Sequence record: SRR9188677_85
DNA: 64,000 nucleotides
Direction: 5' to 3' (one strand)
Both the position numbers and the translations under genes were made by a program. The notes beneath the pieces are model-generated. The model worked only from the letters and a program-made list of their open reading frames with translations. It did not search any database and was not told the origin of the DNA. This document shows positions 10,297-18,914 of this stretch, piece after piece (the stretch's first letter is position 1; every line of letters starts with the position of its first letter).

Positions 10297-10734
10297 TTAA
10301 TCCTCCACTTCACCAAAACCCTCAATCTGTACCTTAACCCATTCCTGCATTCGCTCGTTTTTATAAGCAAACCAAAGCTCACGATATTCGCCGGAATCAT
10401 TTATTACGTTTTTAAATTCTCTGAACGGTTTTCGCCTGTTCAGTGCATCAAACAATCTTTGCTTTAATCTGAGTTTCTCAGGAAGTCCTTCAGTAAAATC
10501 TTCCATGAACTTGAAACTCTCGAAGGACTCTGGTTTTCTGATGACGAAATAGTCGGCAGAGTTTTGTTCAACTTTGTCAATATCTTCATCCCAACCTTCG
10601 GTGTCCATTGACGAAAGTTCGTCCATGTCTGGTAAAGTAATGGTTTCGCCAGTTTCTTTGTGGATATTGCATAGCATGCCCATATCGATGTTTTCAGCTA
10701 TGTCTTTAATTTCTTCGGGTGTGAATGGTCTCAT
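10297..10734 (-). CDS. UPF0158 family protein
   Basis: FKFMEDF, L..AL.RRKPFREFK, RELWFAYK motifs; acidic. Confidence 0.75.
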   Translation of the reverse strand: MRPFTPEEIKDIAENIDMGMLCNIHKETGETITLPDMDELSSMDTEGWDEDIDKVEQNSADYFVIRKPESFESFKFMEDFTEGLPEKLRLKQRLFDALNRRKPFREFKNVINDSGEYRELWFAYKNERMQEWVKVQIEGFGEVED

Positions 10735-10735
10735 A

Positions 10736-10951
10736 TTAGATTTCTATTTGGATAAAAGTTTTAGTGTGCTGTTGATGATTGCCTAATTTTGCTATTGCGG
10801 AGTCCAGGCGAGCGACGTTTGCCTTTGAAGACAATTCATGTTCTGTGGCACACGATGTAGAAGGTGTCCTGGACTCGTAGAAGGAAATGTTCTTCGAACT
10901 TTTCAAATTCCGAATAAATCGTTTTAAAGTGGTTTCCAAAGTCTTTTTCAA
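10736..10951 (-). CDS. Small hypothetical ORF, possibly a degraded YefM-like antitoxin fragment
   Basis: TEHELSSKANVARLDSAIAKL resembles antitoxin C-terminal ET.YLLSS.ANA.RL; non-ATG start; no partner toxin seen. Confidence 0.3.
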   Translation of the reverse strand: MKKTLETTLKRFIRNLKSSKNISFYESRTPSTSCATEHELSSKANVARLDSAIAKLGNHQQHTKTFIQIEI

Positions 10952-11140
10952 AATAGAATCTTTTAAAGGGTTATCAATTTTAGTTGCTCACAAAATCGAC
11001 TGCTGCGCCAAATTAGGCTTTTAATAGTTGTAATAACTTCCAAAATCCTTCAATGTGTTGGTATGTGGTTTAAATTCCAAAATACCAACTTAAAATTTGT
11101 TGGATAATAGTGGCTTTTGGGATAACAGAAATTAATTAAG

Positions 11141-11166
11141 TACTTTGCTTACTAGTTTTGTAGACT
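11141..11166 (+). promoter_or_regulatory. Putative -7 promoter box (TACTTTG) abutting operator CTTAC-N7-GTAGA
   Basis: TACTTTG-CTTAC-TAGTTTT-GTAGAC about 90 nt upstream of sulfatase 11258; same layout as 12997. Confidence 0.6.
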
Positions 11167-11257
11167 AAGTAAATCGGTTTCGCACCAGCCGTTTGCCTCG
11201 AATATCAGAGCGGATTTTCTTGTCCGTTCCTTCAATTTATCATTCTCAATTTAAAAG

Positions 11258-12793
11258 ATGTTAAGAAAGTATTTATCCCCATTATTCGCGTCACTGATGA
11301 TTATATTGGTTTCGCTGGTTACTTTTTCTTTTAAAAAATCAAGAGAGACTAAATCCAGAACCGACACCGGGCGTCCGAATATCGTTTACATTCTGGCAGA
11401 CGACATGGGCTATGGGGACATCTCTTATCTAAACAAAGACTCTCAAATTCCCACTCCAAATCTGGACCAACTTGGTAAGGACGGACTGGTTTTCACAGAT
11501 GCGCATTCCGGTTCTGCTGTTTGCTCACCAACAAGATATGGCATTTTAACTGGTCGCTATGCTTTTCGTTCACGATTGAAAAAAGGTGTCCTTGGCGGTT
11601 ATTCACCGATGTTAATTGAACCGGATCGATTTACGGTAGCGGATTTACTTAAAAATGCGGGTTACCAAACAGGCGTTGTCGGCAAGTGGCATCTTGGACT
11701 GGACTGGAAACTTATCGACAATTCTAAACCTACTGACTCTGTTAAATATGACGACTGGACGAATACCGATAATCTTGATATCGAAAAAGGTGTCACAAAG
11801 GGGCCGAATGACCTTGGTTTTGATTACAGTTACGTAATCCCGTCTTCCCTTGATATTGCCCCTTACATCTATCTGGAAAATGGCAAACCCACTGATAAAA
11901 ACATCGTTGACATTAAAGGGAATAAGGAGCCAAGAGGCGTTTTCTGGCGCGATGGAAAGGGTTCGAAAACTTTTGAAATCGAAAAAACACTGGATGTCTT
12001 TGCCCAAAAGGCGAAGGATTTCATGGTCGGCGCTTCCAAAGAAAAAGGTAAACCGTTTTTTCTGTATTTGCCACTGAACAGTCCGCATACTCCCTGGCTG
12101 CCGTCTGAAAGTTTCAAAGGAAAGTCAAAAGCAGGCACATACGGAGATTTTGTTGCTCATACGGATGCAGCGGTAGGACGCGTTTTGCATACGCTGGATA
12201 GTCTTGGACTTTCAGAAAATACGCTGGTCATTTTTACGTCGGACAATGGTGCAGATTGGAAACCGGGCGACAAACAGCTTTATCCGGCTCATCAGGCCAA
12301 TTATATTTTCAGGGGTGAGAAGTCAGATATTTGGGAAGGCGGGCATCATATTCCTTTCATTGCGAGATGGAAAGGCGTCATAAAAAGCGGAGGAAAAACG
12401 GATCAAACGATTTGCCTGACAGACCTCATGGCGACAATCGCTTCTTTGACTAGACAAAAACTTCCTGCGGAAGTCGGACCGGATAGTTTCGATATTTCAC
12501 GGTTATTCAAAAATCCTTACCAAACAAAGCCAGTCAGAGCAAGCACAATTCACCATTCTATCGAAGGAATGTTTTCCATCCGTAAGGGAAAGTGGAAGTT
12601 TATTGACGGGAAGGGAAGCGGCGGCTGGTCGTCAAAAGGAGAGGCTTCTGATCCTGACGGCCAGTTGTATGATATGGATACCGACCGTATTGAATCGAAA
12701 AATGTTTATGCCGAAAACCCTGAAATCGTAAGAGAATTAAAAGCCATGCTGGAGAAGCAGAAAGGGCAGGGGTATTCGAGAGAAATTGAATAG
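11258..12793 (+). CDS. Arylsulfatase (S1, Cys-type)
   Basis: DDMGYGD, CSPTRYGILTG, GKWHLG, SPHTP, SDNG, WEGGH. Confidence 0.95.
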   Translation: MLRKYLSPLFASLMIILVSLVTFSFKKSRETKSRTDTGRPNIVYILADDMGYGDISYLNKDSQIPTPNLDQLGKDGLVFTDAHSGSAVCSPTRYGILTGRYAFRSRLKKGVLGGYSPMLIEPDRFTVADLLKNAGYQTGVVGKWHLGLDWKLIDNSKPTDSVKYDDWTNTDNLDIEKGVTKGPNDLGFDYSYVIPSSLDIAPYIYLENGKPTDKNIVDIKGNKEPRGVFWRDGKGSKTFEIEKTLDVFAQKAKDFMVGASKEKGKPFFLYLPLNSPHTPWLPSESFKGKSKAGTYGDFVAHTDAAVGRVLHTLDSLGLSENTLVIFTSDNGADWKPGDKQLYPAHQANYIFRGEKSDIWEGGHHIPFIARWKGVIKSGGKTDQTICLTDLMATIASLTRQKLPAEVGPDSFDISRLFKNPYQTKPVRASTIHHSIEGMFSIRKGKWKFIDGKGSGGWSSKGEASDPDGQLYDMDTDRIESKNVYAENPEIVRELKAMLEKQKGQGYSREIE

Positions 12794-12996
12794 TGACGCA
12801 GATCTACCTATTTGATTCGAAGAACGTTTAGTAAATTCAACTTTGAGCAAGACACAACCTTTCCTTAATTTTAATAACTATAAAATTAATCCAATTACAA
12901 GTTTGATCAATGCCGCAGGGGTCATCTAAACAAGCTATTTTTCCCAATACAGCCACTAAAAAGACAAAAAACTTGTTTCTGATATTTTTATAAACT

Positions 12997-13020
12997 TACT
13001 TTGTCTATCAATATAGTAGG
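12997..13020 (+). promoter_or_regulatory. Putative -7 promoter box (TACTTTG) abutting operator TCTAT-N7-GTAGG
   Basis: TACTTTG-TCTAT-CAATATA-GTAGG 55 nt upstream of the Cys leader ORF. Confidence 0.6.
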
Positions 13021-13075
13021 GTATTTCTTTTGTTAGCCACCAGCAAAGGAAATTTTGTTAGAATTCGTTTAAACG

Positions 13076-13168
13076 ATGAAAACGATGAATTTACATTCTT
13101 CGCAACAATATGTTGCATATCAGGTGGTTTCACTTCGCGGTTTCTTAAATCGGCGCTGTTGTTGCTGA
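13076..13168 (+). CDS. Cys-terminal leader peptide MKTMNLHSSQQYVAYQVVSLRGFLNRRCCC (30 aa; alternative start 13085), putative cysteine-sensing attenuator
   Basis: Hand translation; ends TGT TGT TGC TGA; lies between the promoter/operator and gene 13263; below ORF-track cutoff. Confidence 0.75.
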   Translation: MKTMNLHSSQQYVAYQVVSLRGFLNRRCCC

Positions 13169-13262
13169 GACATCTTTTCTGATCCACTATTTCTTATTTT
13201 TTTCTGAAAGACATTTTTTACAAATGCCGTTACAGATCACTCAAAATCATATTTAAAACATC

Positions 13263-14195
13263 ATGAAAAATTTCAAGTCATTACTATTAGCTACGGGGCT
13301 AAGCCTTACTTTCACTCCTGCTTTATTTGCACAAGAAACCTCTCAAAACAATGTGGTCGTTACAGGCGTTCGTTTTGCTTACCCGCTTGTGGAAAAATGG
13401 ATTAAAGATTATACTGCAGAATATCCAAAAGCTCAGGTTGCAATTGAAACCAGAACGGTTACAGATCCCGAAAAATACGACTTGCTTATTGAAGCATATG
13501 ATCAGGAGAAACTGGCAAAGGAAGGCCGCGAATTCATATCCATTGGCAGGTATGCATTATTGCCGGTTGCAAATGCGAAATCGGAATTTGCGAAACAATA
13601 CGGCGAAGATGGTTTGAACGAAAAAACCTACAAGCAAGTATTCTTTCATGACATTTATGCTGAAAAGGACAAGTCGATTACAACTCCATTCACCGTTTAC
13701 ACGCGTCTCCAGAAAGCCGGGGCACCTATCACTTTTGCAAAGTACTTCGGTTACGAGCAGCAGCAAATCAAAGGCAAAACAATTGCCGGTGCTGACGAGC
13801 ATTTGATCAAGGCCCTTTTAAAAGATGAAACAGGAATTACCTACACCGTTCCCGGACTTGCTTATGATTTGACAACCCGCAAACCAACAGAGGGAATTGC
13901 CGTGATTCCGGTTGATTTGGATGGCAACGGCAAAGTGTCGAAAGAGGAAAAACAAGTTGAAAATTTGGATTTGGTACTAGACAAACTCGAAGGTGAGAAA
14001 TTGAAAAACGTGCCGGTTGAGTACATCCATTTTTCCATTTCAAAAACCAGCACAAATCCCGAAGCGAAAAAATTCCTGCTCTGGGTAGCGTCTCACGGAG
14101 ATAAAGACCTGCGTCAGTTTGGCTATCTGAAGCCAGATGCAAAACGGGTTAAGTTGGAAAAAGAGAAACTCGAACGGTTCTCAGCGGTTAAATAA
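13263..14195 (+). CDS. Periplasmic substrate-binding protein, PstS/PBP-like; ligand possibly sulfate or a sulfate ester
   Basis: Signal peptide; VTGVRFAYPLVEKWI..Y resembles the PstS-like N-terminus; C-terminal A.KFL.WV...G; no Cys and a single Met. Confidence 0.75.
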   Translation: MKNFKSLLLATGLSLTFTPALFAQETSQNNVVVTGVRFAYPLVEKWIKDYTAEYPKAQVAIETRTVTDPEKYDLLIEAYDQEKLAKEGREFISIGRYALLPVANAKSEFAKQYGEDGLNEKTYKQVFFHDIYAEKDKSITTPFTVYTRLQKAGAPITFAKYFGYEQQQIKGKTIAGADEHLIKALLKDETGITYTVPGLAYDLTTRKPTEGIAVIPVDLDGNGKVSKEEKQVENLDLVLDKLEGEKLKNVPVEYIHFSISKTSTNPEAKKFLLWVASHGDKDLRQFGYLKPDAKRVKLEKEKLERFSAVK

Positions 14196-14202
14196 TCACA
14201 TA

Positions 14203-14258
14203 ACGTGAGTCTCATAAATGTGGCGGTCCTGTTTCGCCACCGTTTTTGAGACTCACGT
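14203..14258 (+). terminator. Hairpin after the binding-protein gene (terminator or mRNA stabiliser)
   Basis: ACGTGAGTCTCA...TGAGACTCACGT with inner GTGGCG/CGCCAC stem. Confidence 0.6.
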
Positions 14259-14421
14259 ATATAGTATATAGTTAACAAACTTTTTTGTTGCCTTTTTATG
14301 AGATTAGCGGTCGAATCTAGCAATCGTGCTGCCGATATTTGTATTTTTGAGTGCAAAATCAAGAGCTATTATGTTATTCCGACGCGCTTTACGCTATCCC
14401 TTCCGACTTTTTCAAATAAAA

Positions 14422-15807
14422 ATGAAAAATATCTTACTTATAACACTTCTGCTTGCCAACGTGTTATCGGCTTTCGCTCAAGCAAAATCCGCCAAACCCA
14501 ATGTGATCATTATCATGGCAGATGACCTCGATAGCAGACAATTGAGCTGTTATGGAGGCCAGAATCTAAAAACAACCTACATTGACGCACTGGCAAAAGA
14601 AGGTTTGAAGTTTAATCAGATTATTGCTTCCGAAGCCATGTGTGTACCAACCAGAGCCTCCCTTTTTACAGGTTTGTATCCGGTGAAACACGGTTCTTTC
14701 CAAAACCATAAGCCCGTTTATGACAATCTGAAAAGCGTAGGACATTACCTCGCAGACTTGGGTTATAAAGTTGGATTAACGGGAAAAGACCATGTCACTA
14801 AACCGAAAACAGTTTTTTCATTTGATATTATAAAGGGCTTTGAACCAAACTGTGTTTCGCCTACAGATGACTACCAACTGGATGATGTGAAAAAGTACAT
14901 CACGCAGGACGAGAAACCGTATTGCCTTTTTGTAATGAGTATCAATCCGCATGTTCCCTGGACTTCGGGTGATACAACGGAATTTGAAGCTTCAAAAGTT
15001 ATCTTGCCAAAAGACTATGTGGACACGGAAGTTACGAGGCGGCAGTATGTTAAATACCTTGCAGAAATCAGGCGGCTGGATGATCAGGTGGGAGACATTG
15101 TTAAGCTTTTAAAGGAAACTGGTCAGGATAAAAACACCATTGTCATTTTCCTTGGCGAGCAAGGAGCTCAGTTTCCGGGTGCAAAGTGGAATCTTTGGGA
15201 TGCCGGGCAAAAGAGTTCGATGATCGTGAAATGGCCGGGAAAGGTGACGCCTGAAACCGAAACGGAGGCAATCGTTCAATACGAAGATATTACCCCGACG
15301 CTGATTGATATTGCCGGTGGAAATCCAATCAATGGCCTGGACGGCAAAAGTTTTCTTCCAGTCATTTTAGGCAATAGCAAAACTGCACGAGAATACGCGT
15401 TTGGCATTCATAACAACATCCCGGAAGGCGACCCATATCCAATTCGCAGCATTCGCAACAACCGCTATAAATTGATTTTAAATCTAGCTGCTGATAAGCC
15501 CTACTACAACCGGTTTATGATGAACAGAGAACGTCCGGACAAAAACACAGTTTGGTTTTCCTGGACAGAAAAAGCGGCTAACAATGTTCAGGCAAAGCAA
15601 ATTACAGACCGTTTTGTGAATAGACCGCCGGTCGAATTCTACGATTTGCAAAAGGATCCAGGTGAATTTAAAAACCTCGCAACTGATCCTGCTTATCAAA
15701 AAGTAGTTGCAGAATATACCAAAAAGCTTCACAACTGGATGGAGGAGCAAGGGGACAAGGGAGCTGAGATTGATGTGGTTTATGCTAAGAAAGGGGAGGC
15801 GAAATGA
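14422..15807 (+). CDS. Sulfatase (S1, Cys-type; sulfamidase-like)
   Basis: Start re-called at MKNILL signal peptide; ADD, CVPTRASLFTG, GKDH, NPH, HNNIPEG. Confidence 0.92.
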   Translation: MKNILLITLLLANVLSAFAQAKSAKPNVIIIMADDLDSRQLSCYGGQNLKTTYIDALAKEGLKFNQIIASEAMCVPTRASLFTGLYPVKHGSFQNHKPVYDNLKSVGHYLADLGYKVGLTGKDHVTKPKTVFSFDIIKGFEPNCVSPTDDYQLDDVKKYITQDEKPYCLFVMSINPHVPWTSGDTTEFEASKVILPKDYVDTEVTRRQYVKYLAEIRRLDDQVGDIVKLLKETGQDKNTIVIFLGEQGAQFPGAKWNLWDAGQKSSMIVKWPGKVTPETETEAIVQYEDITPTLIDIAGGNPINGLDGKSFLPVILGNSKTAREYAFGIHNNIPEGDPYPIRSIRNNRYKLILNLAADKPYYNRFMMNRERPDKNTVWFSWTEKAANNVQAKQITDRFVNRPPVEFYDLQKDPGEFKNLATDPAYQKVVAEYTKKLHNWMEEQGDKGAEIDVVYAKKGEAK

Positions 15808-15963
15808 GCTTTTGAGTACAAAATAATTGCTCAATGTGACATAGACTTTGGCTTATTCAAAAAAAGTAATCACACAATTTCGACAGCTCACAATGACTCA
15901 AAAAATTGCATGACTCAAAGAAGATTATCTAAATAAATCACGAGAAAATAATCTTTAACCCAA

Positions 15964-17391
15964 ATGAAGTTTCAGCCAATTCCTCTTAAAACAATCATAG
16001 CCTTCGCGCTACTTATATCGCCATTCCTGACAATTGCTCAAAAGAAGGCAAAAACTCAGCCACCCAACATTGTCTTCATTGTTTCCGACGATCACAGTGC
16101 TCCGTTTTTGGGTTGCTATGGTTATCCGGATATCAAAACGCCTAATATCGACAAACTTGCGGCGGAAGGGATTTTGTATAAAAAGGCATATACGACATCA
16201 CCACAATGCGTTCTTTCTCGTGCAGGTTTGATGACGGGACGTAATACGTTGGATGTCAGATTGACACGGTTTTCGGCTCCGCTTGGCGCTGACATCGTTT
16301 CTTATCCTGAAATTTTAAGAAAGTCGGGTTATTATACAGGAATTCTGGGCCGGACTTTTCATTTGGACGGAACGAGGAGAGTGAAAGCTTCTGCCGATAT
16401 TTTTGACAAACACGGATTGGAAACGTTCAAAAACCGGGTCGATTATCTGAGAACGACCGGGAATGCGGACAGCATTTTCATGCAGTATAATGAGTTCATA
16501 GACCAGGTTCCAAAGGGCAAACCCTTTTTTGTTCAAGTAGGATACAGCGATCCGCACAGGATTTTTAATGCAAAAAACTCTGAACCGGATCCAACTAAAA
16601 TTTCGGTTCCTTCGCTGTGGCCGGATACTAAATTGCTAAGAGAAGATTTTGCCGCTTATCTGGGAGAAATTCAACGACTGGATAGCGATGTGGGAAAAGT
16701 GCTGGACGATCTCAAAAAGAGAGGTTTGGACAAAAATACATTGGTGGTTTTCATTGGCGATAATGGCGGAGCGTTGCTTCGTGGAAAAGGAACATTATAT
16801 AATCTGGGTTTGAATGTGCCGCTGATCATGCGCCATCCGGTTTTGATAAAACCTGGACAGGTTAGCGAGGCATTAATTACAGGAGAGGATATCGCACCAA
16901 CATTTCTGACAGTTGCGGGTGCCGCAGTTCCAAAAGAAATCACAGGAGTCAGTTTGACACCTTCATTTCAAGATGTCTCTTTCAATGGTCATGACGAAAT
17001 ATTTGCAGTACGCGGTGCACACGGACAGAATTTACCGCATAATACAGCCGACTTCGATTTGGGAAGAACTGTTTTCAGTAAAAAATACAAGTTGATATAC
17101 AATGCCATGTGGCAACTTCCTTATTATCCGGTCGATTTTGCCGCGCAACCTTTTTGGCTTGAGTTAACGCAGCGGCACATTGAAGGGAAGCTGGATCCAA
17201 AGTTCGATAAATTGCTGTTTGCGGACCGCAGGAAAATGTTTGAGCTGTATGACGAAGAAAAAGATCCGAACGAATTCAATAATCTGGCAGGTGATCCGAG
17301 TGTAAAGGATATAGAGTATCAGCTTAAATTAAAGCTGCAGGAATGGATGATTCTCAATCGCGATTATTTGCCGCTGCCAATTGCGCCTTAG
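15964..17391 (+). CDS. Sulfatase (S1) with atypical CVLSR motif
   Basis: SDDH, QCVLSRAGLMTG, DPHR, GDNG, RGKG. Confidence 0.92.
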   Translation: MKFQPIPLKTIIAFALLISPFLTIAQKKAKTQPPNIVFIVSDDHSAPFLGCYGYPDIKTPNIDKLAAEGILYKKAYTTSPQCVLSRAGLMTGRNTLDVRLTRFSAPLGADIVSYPEILRKSGYYTGILGRTFHLDGTRRVKASADIFDKHGLETFKNRVDYLRTTGNADSIFMQYNEFIDQVPKGKPFFVQVGYSDPHRIFNAKNSEPDPTKISVPSLWPDTKLLREDFAAYLGEIQRLDSDVGKVLDDLKKRGLDKNTLVVFIGDNGGALLRGKGTLYNLGLNVPLIMRHPVLIKPGQVSEALITGEDIAPTFLTVAGAAVPKEITGVSLTPSFQDVSFNGHDEIFAVRGAHGQNLPHNTADFDLGRTVFSKKYKLIYNAMWQLPYYPVDFAAQPFWLELTQRHIEGKLDPKFDKLLFADRRKMFELYDEEKDPNEFNNLAGDPSVKDIEYQLKLKLQEWMILNRDYLPLPIAP

Positions 17392-17482
17392 AATTCGGAC
17401 TCAATTATTTTTATCTGAGTTTCAATGGAAAAGTATATGAGCACAGGAAAGTTATTTTAAATATAGATTAATACTACATGAA

Positions 17483-18877
17483 ATGAATGTATTAAGACCC
17501 GTTGCCATAGCCGGATTGGTAGTTTTATTTTCCATTTTTTGCTTCTCGGCCTATGGGCAACAGAAGGAAAATCCGAAACGTCCAAACATCATTTTCCTGC
17601 TAACCGATGACCATCGCTGGGATGCGTTGGGCGTAATGGGTAACAGGATAATTCAAACGCCAAATCTCGATGCACTCGCAAAAAGAGGGATTTTATTTAA
17701 AAAAGCTTATTGCACCACCGCGATTTGCTGCGTTAGTCGGGCCAGTATTTTAAGTGGTCAATACGAATCAAGACACAAGATAAACGATTTCAATACCGAT
17801 TTTACACAACGTGCCCTTGATAAAACGTACCCTGCTCTGCTAAAAAAGGCAGGGTATAAGCTTGGTTTCATTGGTAAATTCGGTATTGATGTCAGCAACC
17901 AGCCCGATTCACTTTTTGATTACTGGGCGAGTGCAAAAGAAGGGCAACCGGTTTACGAACTCGTTAATAAAAGCGGTAACGTTATTCACCACACGGATAG
18001 CGTTGGTAAGGATATTACACAGTTTCTGAATCAATTCGCAGGGAAAGAACCATTTTGTTTGTCGGTCAGTTTCAAAGCGCCACATGAACTGGACGGTAAT
18101 CCGCCGACCTATCCGGTTCAGGAAAAGTATAAGGATTTATATAAAAACGTTGTGATTCCGGAACCTCTCACAGCCGATCCAAAGTACTGGAATAGCTTCC
18201 CCGATTTTTTCAGGACAGACAGAAACATTGCAAGAGACAGATGGAAACCGTTGCTTTCCACTTCGGAGCTCCGGCAGGAAACGACCAGGAATTATTACCG
18301 TTTGATAACAGGCGTCGATGAAGTCATTGGAAACCTTGTGGCACAATTGAAACAACTAAAAATCGACGACAATACAATCATCATTTTTATGGGTGACAAT
18401 GGGTTTTCGCTTGGCGAACATGGCTTGGAAGGAAAATGGTTCGGCTTTGAAGAATCGATCCGTGTTCCGTTGATTATTTCAGGCGCGCCTTTGCCCAAAG
18501 ATCTGCAAATGACCGAATCTGATCAGATCAGCCTAAATATCGATGTTGCTCCAACGATTCTTGCCTTGGCTGGTATCGCTATCCCAAATGAAATGCAAGG
18601 CAAAAATCTAATCGGCTTGTTGCAAAAGAAGGAACCTGCCAGAAAAGATTTTTTCTATGAACACACCTTCATGGGCAGTCCGGGTTTGCCAAAAGTGGAA
18701 GGCGTTGTTTCAACAAACTTCAAATACATGAAATTTATCGAGCATGATTATGAAGAGCTTTATGATACCGAAAAGGATCCGCACGAAACCACTAGTCTGG
18801 CAAAAAGTTCTGGTTCGAAGGTGAAGTTGAGTGAAATGAGGACGCGGTATGCGGAGTTGAAGGAATTGGTGAAGTAA
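17483..18877 (+). CDS. Sulfatase (S1) with atypical CCVSR motif
   Basis: TDDH, ICCVSRASILSG, GKFG, KAPH, GDNG..LGEHGL.GKW. Confidence 0.92.
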   Translation: MNVLRPVAIAGLVVLFSIFCFSAYGQQKENPKRPNIIFLLTDDHRWDALGVMGNRIIQTPNLDALAKRGILFKKAYCTTAICCVSRASILSGQYESRHKINDFNTDFTQRALDKTYPALLKKAGYKLGFIGKFGIDVSNQPDSLFDYWASAKEGQPVYELVNKSGNVIHHTDSVGKDITQFLNQFAGKEPFCLSVSFKAPHELDGNPPTYPVQEKYKDLYKNVVIPEPLTADPKYWNSFPDFFRTDRNIARDRWKPLLSTSELRQETTRNYYRLITGVDEVIGNLVAQLKQLKIDDNTIIIFMGDNGFSLGEHGLEGKWFGFEESIRVPLIISGAPLPKDLQMTESDQISLNIDVAPTILALAGIAIPNEMQGKNLIGLLQKKEPARKDFFYEHTFMGSPGLPKVEGVVSTNFKYMKFIEHDYEELYDTEKDPHETTSLAKSSGSKVKLSEMRTRYAELKELVK

Positions 18878-18914
18878 ACCTGATTTGTTCCTCAAAAACC
18901 TTCTGTGCTTTGAA

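Noticed and set aside
10297-10951. Functional toxin-antitoxin pair
   Set aside because: The antitoxin resemblance is weak and the neighbour looks like UPF0158, not a RelE/YoeB toxin.
14326-14421. N-terminal extensions in the ORF track (also 25651, 28603, 31807, 34684, 40748, 42399, 47576, 52432)
   Set aside because: Downstream ATGs give proper signal peptides or family N-termini.
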